Of a stretch of 64,000 bases of DNA, positions 38,865-47,505 are shown in pieces. The number at the start of each line of letters is the position of its first letter. Within the stretch, counting starts at the first letter, position 1. The notes beneath the pieces were generated by a model, which saw nothing but the letters and a program-made list of their open reading frames with translations, was not told the origin of the DNA and did not search any database. Source of the DNA: Desulfovibrio sp. (GTDB taxonomy: Bacteria; Desulfobacterota; Desulfovibrionia; Desulfovibrionales; Desulfovibrionaceae). Location: NCBI GenBank assembly GCA_031272405.1, contig JAISTW010000020.1, forward strand, positions 7,970-71,969, in the 5' to 3' direction. The position numbers were made by a program, and so were the translations under genes.

Positions 38865-40310
38865 ATGCGCATCATGATAGACTTTGACGACATCCTCATG
38901 TCTTCCCTTGAGGAAATCGCGGAAAGCAAATACAGCAGCCTGTTCGAGCTTCTCCACACCGGAATCGCCATACTGTCCCCCAAAGGGATATTTTTGTACG
39001 CGAACACGTCGTACATGAAGATGTTCGGTTTTTCCAAAAGCATTATCGGCAAACACGTTTCGCAACTGTTCCTGACCTCCGAACAGGGCGTCATGGAGGC
39101 CATCCGCACGCGCAAAATGACGATATGCTCCAGCGTCACCACCGACAATTCCAAGGGCGTTTCCTTCCGCTGTCCCATCATCAACAACAGGGACGAGCTT
39201 CTGGGCATCATAGTGGAGGCTGTCCCGACGAATATCGAGAAAGAGGAATTCCTCAGCCTGCTGGACACCATGAAGGGCCTTGAGGAAAGAGCCAACTACA
39301 TTGAGCATCAAATCCTCAAGAAACCCGGAATGCTGCACACCTTCGACAGTATTGTCGGCGAAAGCCAGGTCATGCAGAAACTCAAGAAACTCGGGAAACG
39401 CTTCGCCAAAACCGACCAGAACGTCCTTATCTTCGGCGAGAGCGGAACGGGAAAAGAACTTGTGGCCCAGGCACTGCACACGGCAAGCGGACGCGCGGCC
39501 GAACCTTTCGTGGCCGTCAACTGCGCCGCCCTGCCCCATGAACTCATTGAATCCGAACTGTTCGGCTATGAGTCGGGGGCCTTTACCGGCGCGAAAAGCT
39601 CGGGAATGAAAGGGAAATTCGAACTGGCCGACAAGGGCACCATCTTCCTGGACGAGATCGGCGATTTGCCCATGCCGATGCAAGCCAAACTGCTGCGCGT
39701 GCTGGAAAGCGGCGAAATTCAGAAAATCGGCCATTCCGGACGCATGCACTCGGATTTTCGGCTGGTGGCGGCGACAAACAAAAAACTTCTCAAACTCGTG
39801 GACGAAGGCCTGTTCAGGGAAGATTTGTACCACAGGCTCAACATTCTCGAACTGATCGTCCCGCCTCTGCGGGAGCGCACAAGCGACATTCCGCTTCTGG
39901 TCAGACACCTCATAGAGGTCATCGTCGGCCGCAAGCGCGCCAAGGAAATCAACATCTCCAACGAGGTGTACAGGCTTTTCAGCGAGTATTCCTGGCGCGG
40001 AAACATCCGGGAATTGAGGAATGTGCTCTCTTTCGCCCTGTATGACATGGAAAACGCCGAAAAGCTGTTGACCGGCAAACACCTGCCGGCACGGTTTTTC
40101 CGGGAAATAAGCGAGTCGCCCCATGACGGGGGCCACCCGTCGGCCGCGGCCCAGACATTGTCCAACGCAAGCGCGAAGGCCGAGCGGGAAGCCCTTGTTT
40201 CCGCCCTGGCCAAAGCGAACAACAACAAAACAATCGCCGCGCAGCTTCTGAAAATTTCGCGGAACAAGCTGTACAAAAAAATGCGCGACTACGACATTGA
40301 ACTGAAATGA
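38865..40310 (+). CDS. sigma54-dependent transcriptional activator (PAS-AAA+-Fis HTH)
   Basis: [49 protein letters not shown]-terminal HTH. Confidence 0.95.
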   Translation: MRIMIDFDDILMSSLEEIAESKYSSLFELLHTGIAILSPKGIFLYANTSYMKMFGFSKSIIGKHVSQLFLTSEQGVMEAIRTRKMTICSSVTTDNSKGVSFRCPIINNRDELLGIIVEAVPTNIEKEEFLSLLDTMKGLEERANYIEHQILKKPGMLHTFDSIVGESQVMQKLKKLGKRFAKTDQNVLIFGESGTGKELVAQALHTASGRAAEPFVAVNCAALPHELIESELFGYESGAFTGAKSSGMKGKFELADKGTIFLDEIGDLPMPMQAKLLRVLESGEIQKIGHSGRMHSDFRLVAATNKKLLKLVDEGLFREDLYHRLNILELIVPPLRERTSDIPLLVRHLIEVIVGRKRAKEINISNEVYRLFSEYSWRGNIRELRNVLSFALYDMENAEKLLTGKHLPARFFREISESPHDGGHPSAAAQTLSNASAKAEREALVSALAKANNNKTIAAQLLKISRNKLYKKMRDYDIELK

Positions 40311-41524
40311 GCCAGGCGACAGGAAAAAAGGGGCGGGAGCATCTGGCCACGCTCTGCGTTCACGAGGGGGGCGGAACATTCCAGAAACGGCTCGCCCGTT
40401 CGGTTTCCACGCCCGAAACATTCCCAGTGTACGCCGCTTCCGTCTATGCCTTTGACGATATCGAAGCCCTGGACGCCGTCTATGACAGAAAGGCCGAAGG
40501 CTATATCTACTCCAGAATGGCGGCTCCCAACGCCGACGCCGTTTCCGGAATTCTCGCCCGCGCCGACGGCGGAGAGGCCGCCCTTGTCCTCCCTTCGGGA
40601 ATGGCGGCCATAACCGCGACAATTCTCGCCTCAACGCAGGCCGGCGAGCACATTATTTCCTCCCGCACCCTGTACGGCGGCGTGCACGATTTTTTCGCCA
40701 ACGAACTGGAACGCCGCGGCGTTGAAGTCACCTTCCTGGACATGACGCGCGACGCCGTTGAGGCGCACATCAAAAAAAACACCAGGTTGCTCTACACGGA
40801 AATGATCTCCAATCCACTCATGGAAGTGGCTGATGTGGCCGCCTTGTCCGCCACGGCCCGTCGGCGCGGCCTGCTGCTTTTTGTGGACAATACCTTCGCC
40901 ACCCCGGCTGTGGCCAGGCCGCTGGATTTCGGCGCGGACGCGGTCCTGTACAGCGCCACCAAATATCTGGGCGGGCACAGCGACATCGTCGCGGGCGCCG
41001 TCGTCGCCAACCGCGCCATCATCGAACGGGTCAAACGGCTGCAAACGCTTTACGGCTTCAGCGCCGGCGCGCACGATTGCTGGCTGCTGGCGCGCAGCCT
41101 GCGCACCCTGGATCTGCGCATGGGCAAACATTCGGACAACGCCTTGAAGGTGGCGCGCTTTCTGCAAAAACAGGCCGTTGTGGACAAAGTTTTCTACCCT
41201 GGTCTGCCTTCTTCGCCCTCGCACGGCCTGGCCCGGCGCCAGTTCGCTCCGGAGCGCTTCGGGGGAATGCTGAGCGCCGACCTCAAGGGTGGCGCGAAGG
41301 CCGTGAAGACGCTGCTGAAAAACCTGCGGACGATTCGCCTTGTCCCAAGCCTTGCCGGCGTCGCGACAAGCATAAGCGTGCCGGTGAAAACATCTCATCG
41401 CGCTTACGACAGACGGGCGCTGAAAAAAATGGGCATTATTCCCGGCCAGATACGCTTTTCCGTCGGTCTGGAAGAGGCGGAAGATATTCTGGCGGAACTG
41501 GAGGAAGCGTTTTCTTTTCTTTAG
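40307..41524 (+). CDS. PLP-dependent transsulfuration family enzyme (cystathionine gamma-synthase/lyase-like)
   Basis: [41 protein letters not shown]; ATGA overlap with the regulator. Confidence 0.88.
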   Translation: MSQATGKKGREHLATLCVHEGGGTFQKRLARSVSTPETFPVYAASVYAFDDIEALDAVYDRKAEGYIYSRMAAPNADAVSGILARADGGEAALVLPSGMAAITATILASTQAGEHIISSRTLYGGVHDFFANELERRGVEVTFLDMTRDAVEAHIKKNTRLLYTEMISNPLMEVADVAALSATARRRGLLLFVDNTFATPAVARPLDFGADAVLYSATKYLGGHSDIVAGAVVANRAIIERVKRLQTLYGFSAGAHDCWLLARSLRTLDLRMGKHSDNALKVARFLQKQAVVDKVFYPGLPSSPSHGLARRQFAPERFGGMLSADLKGGAKAVKTLLKNLRTIRLVPSLAGVATSISVPVKTSHRAYDRRALKKMGIIPGQIRFSVGLEEAEDILAELEEAFSFL

Positions 41525-41591
41525 GTATATGTGCATGGCGCGGCCTCCGCCCTGAAGCGGAGACCGCGGCGAAATCAGCAGGATAACAAGA

Positions 41592-41987
41592 TTACGGGTG
41601 ACACTTGGATTTGGCGCAGCCGAGCAAATCCTTTTTCAGTTCGGCCTTCTCGGCCACGACGTTGGTATGGCACTCGAAACAGGTGCGATGCTTGAGCTTT
41701 TCCTTGCTGTGTATGACGACGTACAGGCTCTTCTCGCCCTTCTTTTCGGTCAGGTTGTCATGACATCCGGCAGTCGCGCACTTCTGGTAGTTTTCCTTGC
41801 CGTCTACATTGTGATGACAGGTCACGCACTCCACCTTGTCCTTGTGCGGGGCGTGCGGAAACATGACTTCCTTTTTCGATCCCTTCAGGGCCAACGGCTC
41901 TGTGGGAACCGGGGGCGCCGCCGCCAGGGCCTGCATGGCCGCGGCGAACAGGAAAAGACACAGCAGGGCGAACGACATTTTTTTCAT
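41592..41987 (-). CDS. cycA: Type I tetrahaem cytochrome c3
   Basis: Signal peptide; CVTCHH, CATAGCH, CFECH, CAKSKCH; FPHAPH. Confidence 0.92.
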   Translation of the reverse strand: MKKMSFALLCLFLFAAAMQALAAAPPVPTEPLALKGSKKEVMFPHAPHKDKVECVTCHHNVDGKENYQKCATAGCHDNLTEKKGEKSLYVVIHSKEKLKHRTCFECHTNVVAEKAELKKDLLGCAKSKCHP

Positions 41988-42250
41988 AAAGCTCCTCCTA
42001 ATGGTGAAACGGCTTGCAATTCTCGTTTGGAGAACTCAAAGTGTAGCCCCCGCGAAGTCCTGTGTCAATGGCAGAGACAATTTTGTCAGGGTATTTTTTT
42101 AAAGCGATTTTTTCTCAAAGTCCTTGACGCCTCCCTATGAACGAGGTACAAACACGCATCAAAAATTTCGTCCGGCTGTCGGGCGGATGCGTCCAGCGGC
42201 GCGGCGCCGCGGATGTGTTTTTTGACCTCACTGCAAAGAAGGAAAAGCAC

Positions 42251-43243
42251 ATGAGGAACGGCACAACAAAGCTCCTGCTGACGGCAATGGCCGCGGCCGG
42301 CGCGATCTGTCTGATGCTTGTCAACGCGGGCGCGGCGCATGCGGCCCCGGAACTCACGAGCATCAGCGATGCCCCGCCGGCCATAGTCATCTTCCCCGTC
42401 GGTGAAAAACCCAACCCCGAAGGGCTTGGCATGAAACCCGTTGTTTTCAGCCACCTTGTACACGAGAACCGTGTTGAAAACTGCGAGTCCTGTCACCACA
42501 CCGGCGACACCGTCGCCTGTACATCCTGCCATACAGTGCAGGGCAACGCCGGCGGGAACTTCATTACCCTGGAAAAGGCGATGCATACCGAGAACATCGC
42601 CAAACGCGCCAAGGGCAATACCCCGCAGAGCTGCGTAAGCTGTCACGCGCAGCAGATCCGGAAACGCGAATGCGCCGGCTGCCACAGCATCGTCCAGCCC
42701 AGCCGGGGGGATGCTTATTGCGCTTCCTGTCACAATGCGCCGGGCCTGACCAAGGCCGACATGGTCGCCGGCTCCGCCGGCAAACTGCCCGAGGAGAGAA
42801 CGGCCAAACTCGCCTCGGACGCGCTCAAGGCCCGGGAAAACCCCGTGCAGCTGCAACCCACCGACGGCCCCTATAAAGTGATGATCGGCGAAATAGCCGA
42901 CAAATACATGCCCAGCATGTTCGCGCACCGCCGTCATGTGGCCTCCCTCATGGAGCGCGTCAAGGACAATGCCCTGGCTTCGGCCTTCCACAATCAGCCG
43001 GCGACGCTCTGCGCGGCCTGTCACCACAACAGCCCGCTCAAAGGCGCGCCGCCCAAGTGCGGAAGCTGTCACCAGCAGCGCATTGACCCCGCCAATCCTG
43101 AACGCCCCCAGCTCAAGGCCGCCTACCACCTGCAATGTATGGGTTGCCACCAGGGCATGAAAGTCGCCAGACCCCTCAATACTTCCTGCGTCACATGTCA
43201 CAGGAAGAATGAGACCAAGACTGTCAGCGCCGCCGCAAAATGA
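42251..43243 (+). CDS. nhcA: Nine-haem cytochrome c
   Basis: Nine CxxCH motifs counted, signal peptide, MKPVVFSH. Confidence 0.9.
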   Translation: MRNGTTKLLLTAMAAAGAICLMLVNAGAAHAAPELTSISDAPPAIVIFPVGEKPNPEGLGMKPVVFSHLVHENRVENCESCHHTGDTVACTSCHTVQGNAGGNFITLEKAMHTENIAKRAKGNTPQSCVSCHAQQIRKRECAGCHSIVQPSRGDAYCASCHNAPGLTKADMVAGSAGKLPEERTAKLASDALKARENPVQLQPTDGPYKVMIGEIADKYMPSMFAHRRHVASLMERVKDNALASAFHNQPATLCAACHHNSPLKGAPPKCGSCHQQRIDPANPERPQLKAAYHLQCMGCHQGMKVARPLNTSCVTCHRKNETKTVSAAAK

Positions 43244-43254
43244 GGAGAAACGCA

Positions 43255-44340
43255 ATGAACCGCAGAAAATTTCTGACCATTCTGGGCAGCGCCGGCGTGG
43301 CCTCGGCTATGGGAACAGCCAAAGTGGCTCAGGCGGGCGGCGGAACGCACACCTGGCCCTACTATGAAAACAGTTACGGCGTATTGCACGACACAACGCG
43401 CTGTATCGGCTGCCGCCGCTGTGAACAGGGCTGCAGCAAGGTCAACAACCTGCCCAAGCCCGACAAGCCCCACGACCTTTCGGTGCTGAACAAGCGCCGC
43501 CGCATGACCCCCACGACATGGACGGTGGTCAATAAATATGAACTGAACGGCAAACCGGTTTTCCGCAAGCAGCAATGCTTCCACTGCAACGATCCGGCCT
43601 GCGCTTCGGCCTGTTTCGCCAAATGCTTCAGCAAACAGCCGAACGGCAGCGTGACCTATGACGGAACGCAGTGCGTGGGCTGCCGCTACTGCATGATCGC
43701 CTGCCCCTTTTATGTGCCGAGCTTCGAATACGACGACGCCTGGGATCCGCTGGTGGTCAAATGCACCTTCTGCGAACCGCGGCTCAAGGAAGGCAAGCTG
43801 CCCGGTTGCGTTGAGGCCTGCCCCATGGACGCCCTGACCTTCGGCCGGCGCTCCGACCTCATCAAAATCGCCAGAACGCGCATCAAGAATACCCCGGGCA
43901 AATACGCCGACTATATATACGGCGAATGGGACGCTGGCGGCACGGCCTGGATGGTGCTGGCCCCGGCCGGCGAGGGCGCTGAACACGCCGGAGGCGAATT
44001 CGCCGCTCTGGGCCTGGACACGCACCTCGGCAACCGTCCCATGGGCGAGCTGACCGCCGGCGCGCTGGGCGCTGTGCCCATGATTGTGGCCTTCTGGCCT
44101 GTGCTTTTCGGCGGCGCCTACGCCATGACAAAACGCCGCGAAGCCATGCACAAGGCCGAAACACAAGCCGTGCTCGACGAAGCCAAACAGGATATGGCCG
44201 ATGCCCTGGACGCCGCTGTGCGCAAAATCGCTGAAACCCAAGGATCAGGCGCGGCGGACGCGGCCCGGCAGGCCATGACCGCGGCCCTGAAAGCCAGAGA
44301 AGAAGCCGGCCCGAGCCACGGGCATGGGGAGGATAAGTAG
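43255..44340 (+). CDS. nhcB: Nhc complex Fe-S subunit (HmcB-like), Tat signal
   Basis: MNRRKFL; CIGCRRCEQGC, CFHCNDPAC, CVGCRYCMIACP, KCTFC; C-terminal TM. Confidence 0.88.
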   Translation: MNRRKFLTILGSAGVASAMGTAKVAQAGGGTHTWPYYENSYGVLHDTTRCIGCRRCEQGCSKVNNLPKPDKPHDLSVLNKRRRMTPTTWTVVNKYELNGKPVFRKQQCFHCNDPACASACFAKCFSKQPNGSVTYDGTQCVGCRYCMIACPFYVPSFEYDDAWDPLVVKCTFCEPRLKEGKLPGCVEACPMDALTFGRRSDLIKIARTRIKNTPGKYADYIYGEWDAGGTAWMVLAPAGEGAEHAGGEFAALGLDTHLGNRPMGELTAGALGAVPMIVAFWPVLFGGAYAMTKRREAMHKAETQAVLDEAKQDMADALDAAVRKIAETQGSGAADAARQAMTAALKAREEAGPSHGHGEDK

Positions 44341-45555
44341 ATGTCGCATCAAATCGTCATTCCCACCAGGGGCAAGCTCTTCAACATGGGTGAATTTTTC
44401 ACCATGACGCCGGGCAATATCGTTACCGCCGTCATTCTCGTCGGCGGATTGATCCTCTCCATTGTACGCTTCACCATGGGCATAGGCACCGTGGCCAATC
44501 TCTCCGACGTGCAGCCCTGGGGCATGTGGATCGGCTTTGATCTGCTTTGCGGCGTGTGTCTGGCCGCCGGCGGCTATTTCACCACCGTGGCCTGCTACGT
44601 CATGGGCATGAAGCACTTCCATTCGGCCGTGCGGCCCGCCGTGACAACGGCCTTTCTGGGCTACGCCTTCGTGGTCGTCGCCCTGCTCTATGATCTGGGC
44701 CACTGGTGGCGCCTGCCCTACATGTTCTTCTTCCCCGGCACAACTTCCGTGCTCTTTGAAGTCGGCCTGTGCGTGGCCACATATCTTACAGTGCTTTTTG
44801 TGGAATTTTCCGTCTGCCCCTGCGAGTGGCTGGCCTCAAAGTTCCCGATACTGCTCAAATGGCGCACGCTTGTCAACAAATGCACCATCATTCTCACCAT
44901 TTTCGGCGTGACCCTTTCCACCCTGCATCAGTCCTCGCTCGGCTCGCTGTATCTCATAGCCCCGGGCAAACTGCATCCGCTGTGGTATTCGCCGTTCATT
45001 CCCCTGTTCTTCTTCGTCAGCTCCATGGCCGCCGGCGGCTCCATGGTCATCTTTGAGGGCATGTTCGCCCACAAGGGCGTGCATCACTATATGGACGAAA
45101 CACACCTCAAGGAAGCGGACGAAGTGGTCTTCAGCTTTGCAAAGGCCATTTCCTTCATCCTGTTCGCCTATTTCATGCTCAAGTTCACGGACATGCTGGT
45201 TCAGGCCAACGAACCCTATATCTTCTCCGGCTATGGGCTTATCTGGCTGATCGAAGTCTTCGGTTTTGTCCTGTTCCCGGCCTTTCTCTATGCCAAGGGT
45301 TCGCGTGAGCGCAACCTGAGCACCTGCCGCAAGGCTGCCGCCATGACTGTGGTCGGCATTATCTTCAACCGCTTCAACGTGTCCATGATCGCCTACAATT
45401 ACGCCTTGCCCGCGGCCGACAGGTATTTCCCGAGCCTGGCGGAAGTCTGGATTTCCTGCTTCGTCGTCACCATGATTGTGACCGTGTACCGCTTTGTCGT
45501 GTACCACATGCCGGTGCTCTACGAACATCCCGATTTCAAGGGCGAAGAACACTAA
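44341..45555 (+). CDS. nhcC: Nhc complex membrane subunit (HmcC/NrfD-like)
   Basis: PWGMWIGFD, AAGG, DLG, LHQSSLG, RFNV, YFPS. Confidence 0.88.
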   Translation: MSHQIVIPTRGKLFNMGEFFTMTPGNIVTAVILVGGLILSIVRFTMGIGTVANLSDVQPWGMWIGFDLLCGVCLAAGGYFTTVACYVMGMKHFHSAVRPAVTTAFLGYAFVVVALLYDLGHWWRLPYMFFFPGTTSVLFEVGLCVATYLTVLFVEFSVCPCEWLASKFPILLKWRTLVNKCTIILTIFGVTLSTLHQSSLGSLYLIAPGKLHPLWYSPFIPLFFFVSSMAAGGSMVIFEGMFAHKGVHHYMDETHLKEADEVVFSFAKAISFILFAYFMLKFTDMLVQANEPYIFSGYGLIWLIEVFGFVLFPAFLYAKGSRERNLSTCRKAAAMTVVGIIFNRFNVSMIAYNYALPAADRYFPSLAEVWISCFVVTMIVTVYRFVVYHMPVLYEHPDFKGEEH

Positions 45556-45571
45556 ACCGGAGGAGATGACC

Positions 45572-45718
45572 ATGGAATTCAACACATTTTACGACTATTT
45601 CCTCTTTACCAAAAGTTTTGCATACGTCATGATGTTCATTGTTTTGCCTGTCTATGTGATTTACTGGAATTGCGTGCTCTTTCCGACAAAAAAACGGCGC
45701 AACAACAGCCCGTACTGA
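45572..45718 (+). CDS. nhcD: Nhc complex small membrane subunit (HmcD-like)
   Basis: GGAGGAG RBS; MEFNTFYDYFLFTK followed by a single TM. Confidence 0.75.
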   Translation: MEFNTFYDYFLFTKSFAYVMMFIVLPVYVIYWNCVLFPTKKRRNNSPY

Positions 45719-45730
45719 CCCGTTTCAGAC

Positions 45731-45768
45731 AAACAAAAAGGACGGGCAGGTGCCCGTCCTTTTTGTTT
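45731..45768 (+). terminator. Bidirectional Rho-independent terminator
   Basis: AAACAAAAAGGACGGGCA-GG-TGCCCGTCCTTTTTGTTT. Confidence 0.88.
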
Positions 45769-45805
45769 GAGCAAAGCGGCTTTGTCCACCAAGGGGCAAA
45801 TTGCC

Positions 45806-45834
45806 TTGACAAGGCCGTTGCGACCGGCTACAAG
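45806..45834 (+). promoter_or_regulatory. sigma70 promoter of tRNA-Lys
   Basis: TTGACA-17 nt-TACAAG, ending 11 nt before the tRNA. Confidence 0.55.
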
Positions 45835-45845
45835 GATGCGCAGTC

Positions 45846-45921
45846 GGGACGTTAACTCAGTAGGTAGAGTATCTGCCTTTTAAGCAGAGAGTCGCAGGTT
45901 CGATCCCCGCACGTCCCACCA
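45846..45921 (+). tRNA. tRNA-Lys(TTT)
   Basis: GGGACGT/ACGTCCC acceptor stem, TCTGC-CTTTTAA-GCAGA anticodon arm, GGTTCGATCCC T arm, encoded CCA; 76 nt. Confidence 0.97.
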
Positions 45922-46022
45922 AGCAAATCAATGGCTTACGGAAAAAGAAACCGTAAGCCTTTTTCTTTCCCAACACCATTCCCAACACCGAAAACGCGCG
46001 GTACCGGCGCGCCCTGGAAGCC

Positions 46023-46403
46023 ATGCTGCCGCATTTGCGGGAAGCGCCGCGACTGCCCGATGGACAAAAGCATGATCCTCTCAAAGCCTACGCCGCCCAC
46101 AGACGGGCCATGCTCAAGGCCATGCCCGATGCCGAAGCGTCGCGACTTGACCCCTGTATTGCCCTGTGTATGCGCGAAAAGGGCTTCACGCGGGAAGTGG
46201 TCTTGGCAACGATTTTACAGTGCGCTGCACAAGAACAGACCGGCCGGCCGGATCGGGACTGGCGGCGTTACGCTGAACGGACAACGGCATACGCCTTCGG
46301 CACGGCAGGGGATGTGAAGCTGGCGCAAAGCGCTGTCTTGCGGGGGGAGGCACGGCTGGCGGAGGAGCAAAGGCCGGAGCCGCCGCGTTTTCCAATGAGA
46401 TGA
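46023..46403 (+). pseudogene. C-terminal fragment of a RepB-type DNA primase / mobilisation protein
   Basis: KAYAAH...SRLDPCIALCMREKG...RDWRRYAERTTAYAFG resembles the helical C-terminal domain of RepB primases; no catalytic domain upstream. Confidence 0.55.
46346..46388 (+). repeat. 43-bp direct repeat, copy 1
   Basis: GGAGGCACGGCTGGCGGAGGAGCAAAGGCCGGAGCCGCCGCGT, identical at 47340-47382. Confidence 0.92.
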
Positions 46404-46422
46404 CAAATACTGTGCAGGCTTC

Positions 46423-46698
46423 TCAGTCAAACAAGTCGGCATGCGTGCCCGTGCGCGAAGCGGTCAGGACAAGCATTTCCTGGTGAATGGAATAAATCAG
46501 CAACCAGTCCGGCAGGATGTGACATTCCCTGAATCCGGCGTAATCTCCGGTCAGCGCGTGGTCTTTGTGTTTGGGATCAAGAGCCTTTTCAGACAGCAAG
46601 GCGTCAATCACCGCTTCCAGCAGAGAAAGGTCAAATCCGCGTTTTTTGGCCAGCTTGTAATCTTTGCGAAAGCGGGAAGTTGTTTTTAAGGTCAACAT
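46423..46698 (-). CDS. yafQ: YafQ-family mRNA interferase toxin
   Basis: FRKDYK, DHALTG, RECHILPDWLLIY, RTGTHADLF. Confidence 0.92.
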   Translation of the reverse strand: MLTLKTTSRFRKDYKLAKKRGFDLSLLEAVIDALLSEKALDPKHKDHALTGDYAGFRECHILPDWLLIYSIHQEMLVLTASRTGTHADLFD

Positions 46699-46976
46699 TC
46701 CGCGTCAAGGTCCGCAAAGAGTTCTTTGGCCGATGAATAGCCTTTCGCGGCAATCCCGCCTGAAGCGATGGCGCGGGCTTCCCGAATGGCGGCTTCTGTT
46801 TCCCGATTAAAGCGGGGTTTTTTCATTTCAAAGGGCAGGCCGCCTACCATCAGGGACTGGCGCAGAAAGATGTTGACGGCATCGGTCACGGTGATGCCGA
46901 AGCTTGAAAAAAGCTGTTCCGCTCCGGATTTTGTTTCCGGATCAATGCGGATATTCAGATTTGCGGTTTTTGCCAT
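46692..46976 (-). CDS. dinJ: RelB/DinJ-family antitoxin
   Basis: NLNIRIDPETK...GITVTDAVNIFLRQ...GLPFE; GGAGG RBS. Confidence 0.9.
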   Translation of the reverse strand: MAKTANLNIRIDPETKSGAEQLFSSFGITVTDAVNIFLRQSLMVGGLPFEMKKPRFNRETEAAIREARAIASGGIAAKGYSSAKELFADLDAEC

Positions 46977-47149
46977 AGCCTTCACCTCCCCCTTTTTTTG
47001 CACAATGTGAGCGCGTTGTCAATACATTGATGTGTGTTTGCTCTGCTTCCAAGCCTTTGCCTTATCCCGCCCAAGGCGGACAAATTCAGGCGAGACAAGC
47101 ATGCATCGGTCATTTTCAGACGGGATAATTTCGGGAGCAAGGCCTCCTG

Positions 47150-47339
47150 TCTGGCTTCACGGTGTTCGACGGCGCGCCCGTCGGCGACCAGGTCAAATGG
47201 CATCCTGCCTTGCCGCACGGCGGCGCGTATAAACGCGTTCAGCGCGACCAGCATCGTCAGCGACCAGCATCGTCAAACCCATGCTGGCAAAGGCGGTTTC
47301 GGCGCGTTTCTTCAATTCCTTTGCGACATTGAGGCGGGA
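47150..47339 (-). pseudogene. Second RelB/DinJ antitoxin, 5'-truncated and frameshifted
   Basis: RLNVAKELKKRAETAFASMGLTML / VALNAFIRAAVRQGRMPFDL is split by a 16-bp tandem duplication GCGACCAGCATCGTCA x2 (47244-47275). Confidence 0.75.
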
Positions 47340-47382
47340 GGAGGCACGGCTGGCGGAGGAGCAAAGGCCGGAGCCGCCGCGT
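47340..47382 (+). repeat. 43-bp direct repeat, copy 2
   Basis: Identical to 46346-46388. Confidence 0.92.
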
Positions 47383-47469
47383 CCCGGGATGCGGCAAGAC
47401 GAGACCATACAGGAACATATATGGTGGCAAATCAACCTGTTGTGAGTGATCGCGGCCAAAAATCGGCCC

Positions 47470-47504
47470 TTGACAAAAATTTGTTATATAGGTTATATAA
47501 CAAA
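47470..47504 (+). promoter_or_regulatory. sigma70 promoter with overlapping palindromic operator for hsdM
   Basis: TTGACA at 47470; TTTGTTATATA-GGT-TATATAACAAA (47480-47504) covers the -10 region; ATG at 47506 with no Shine-Dalgarno. Confidence 0.7.
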
Positions 47505-47505
47505 A

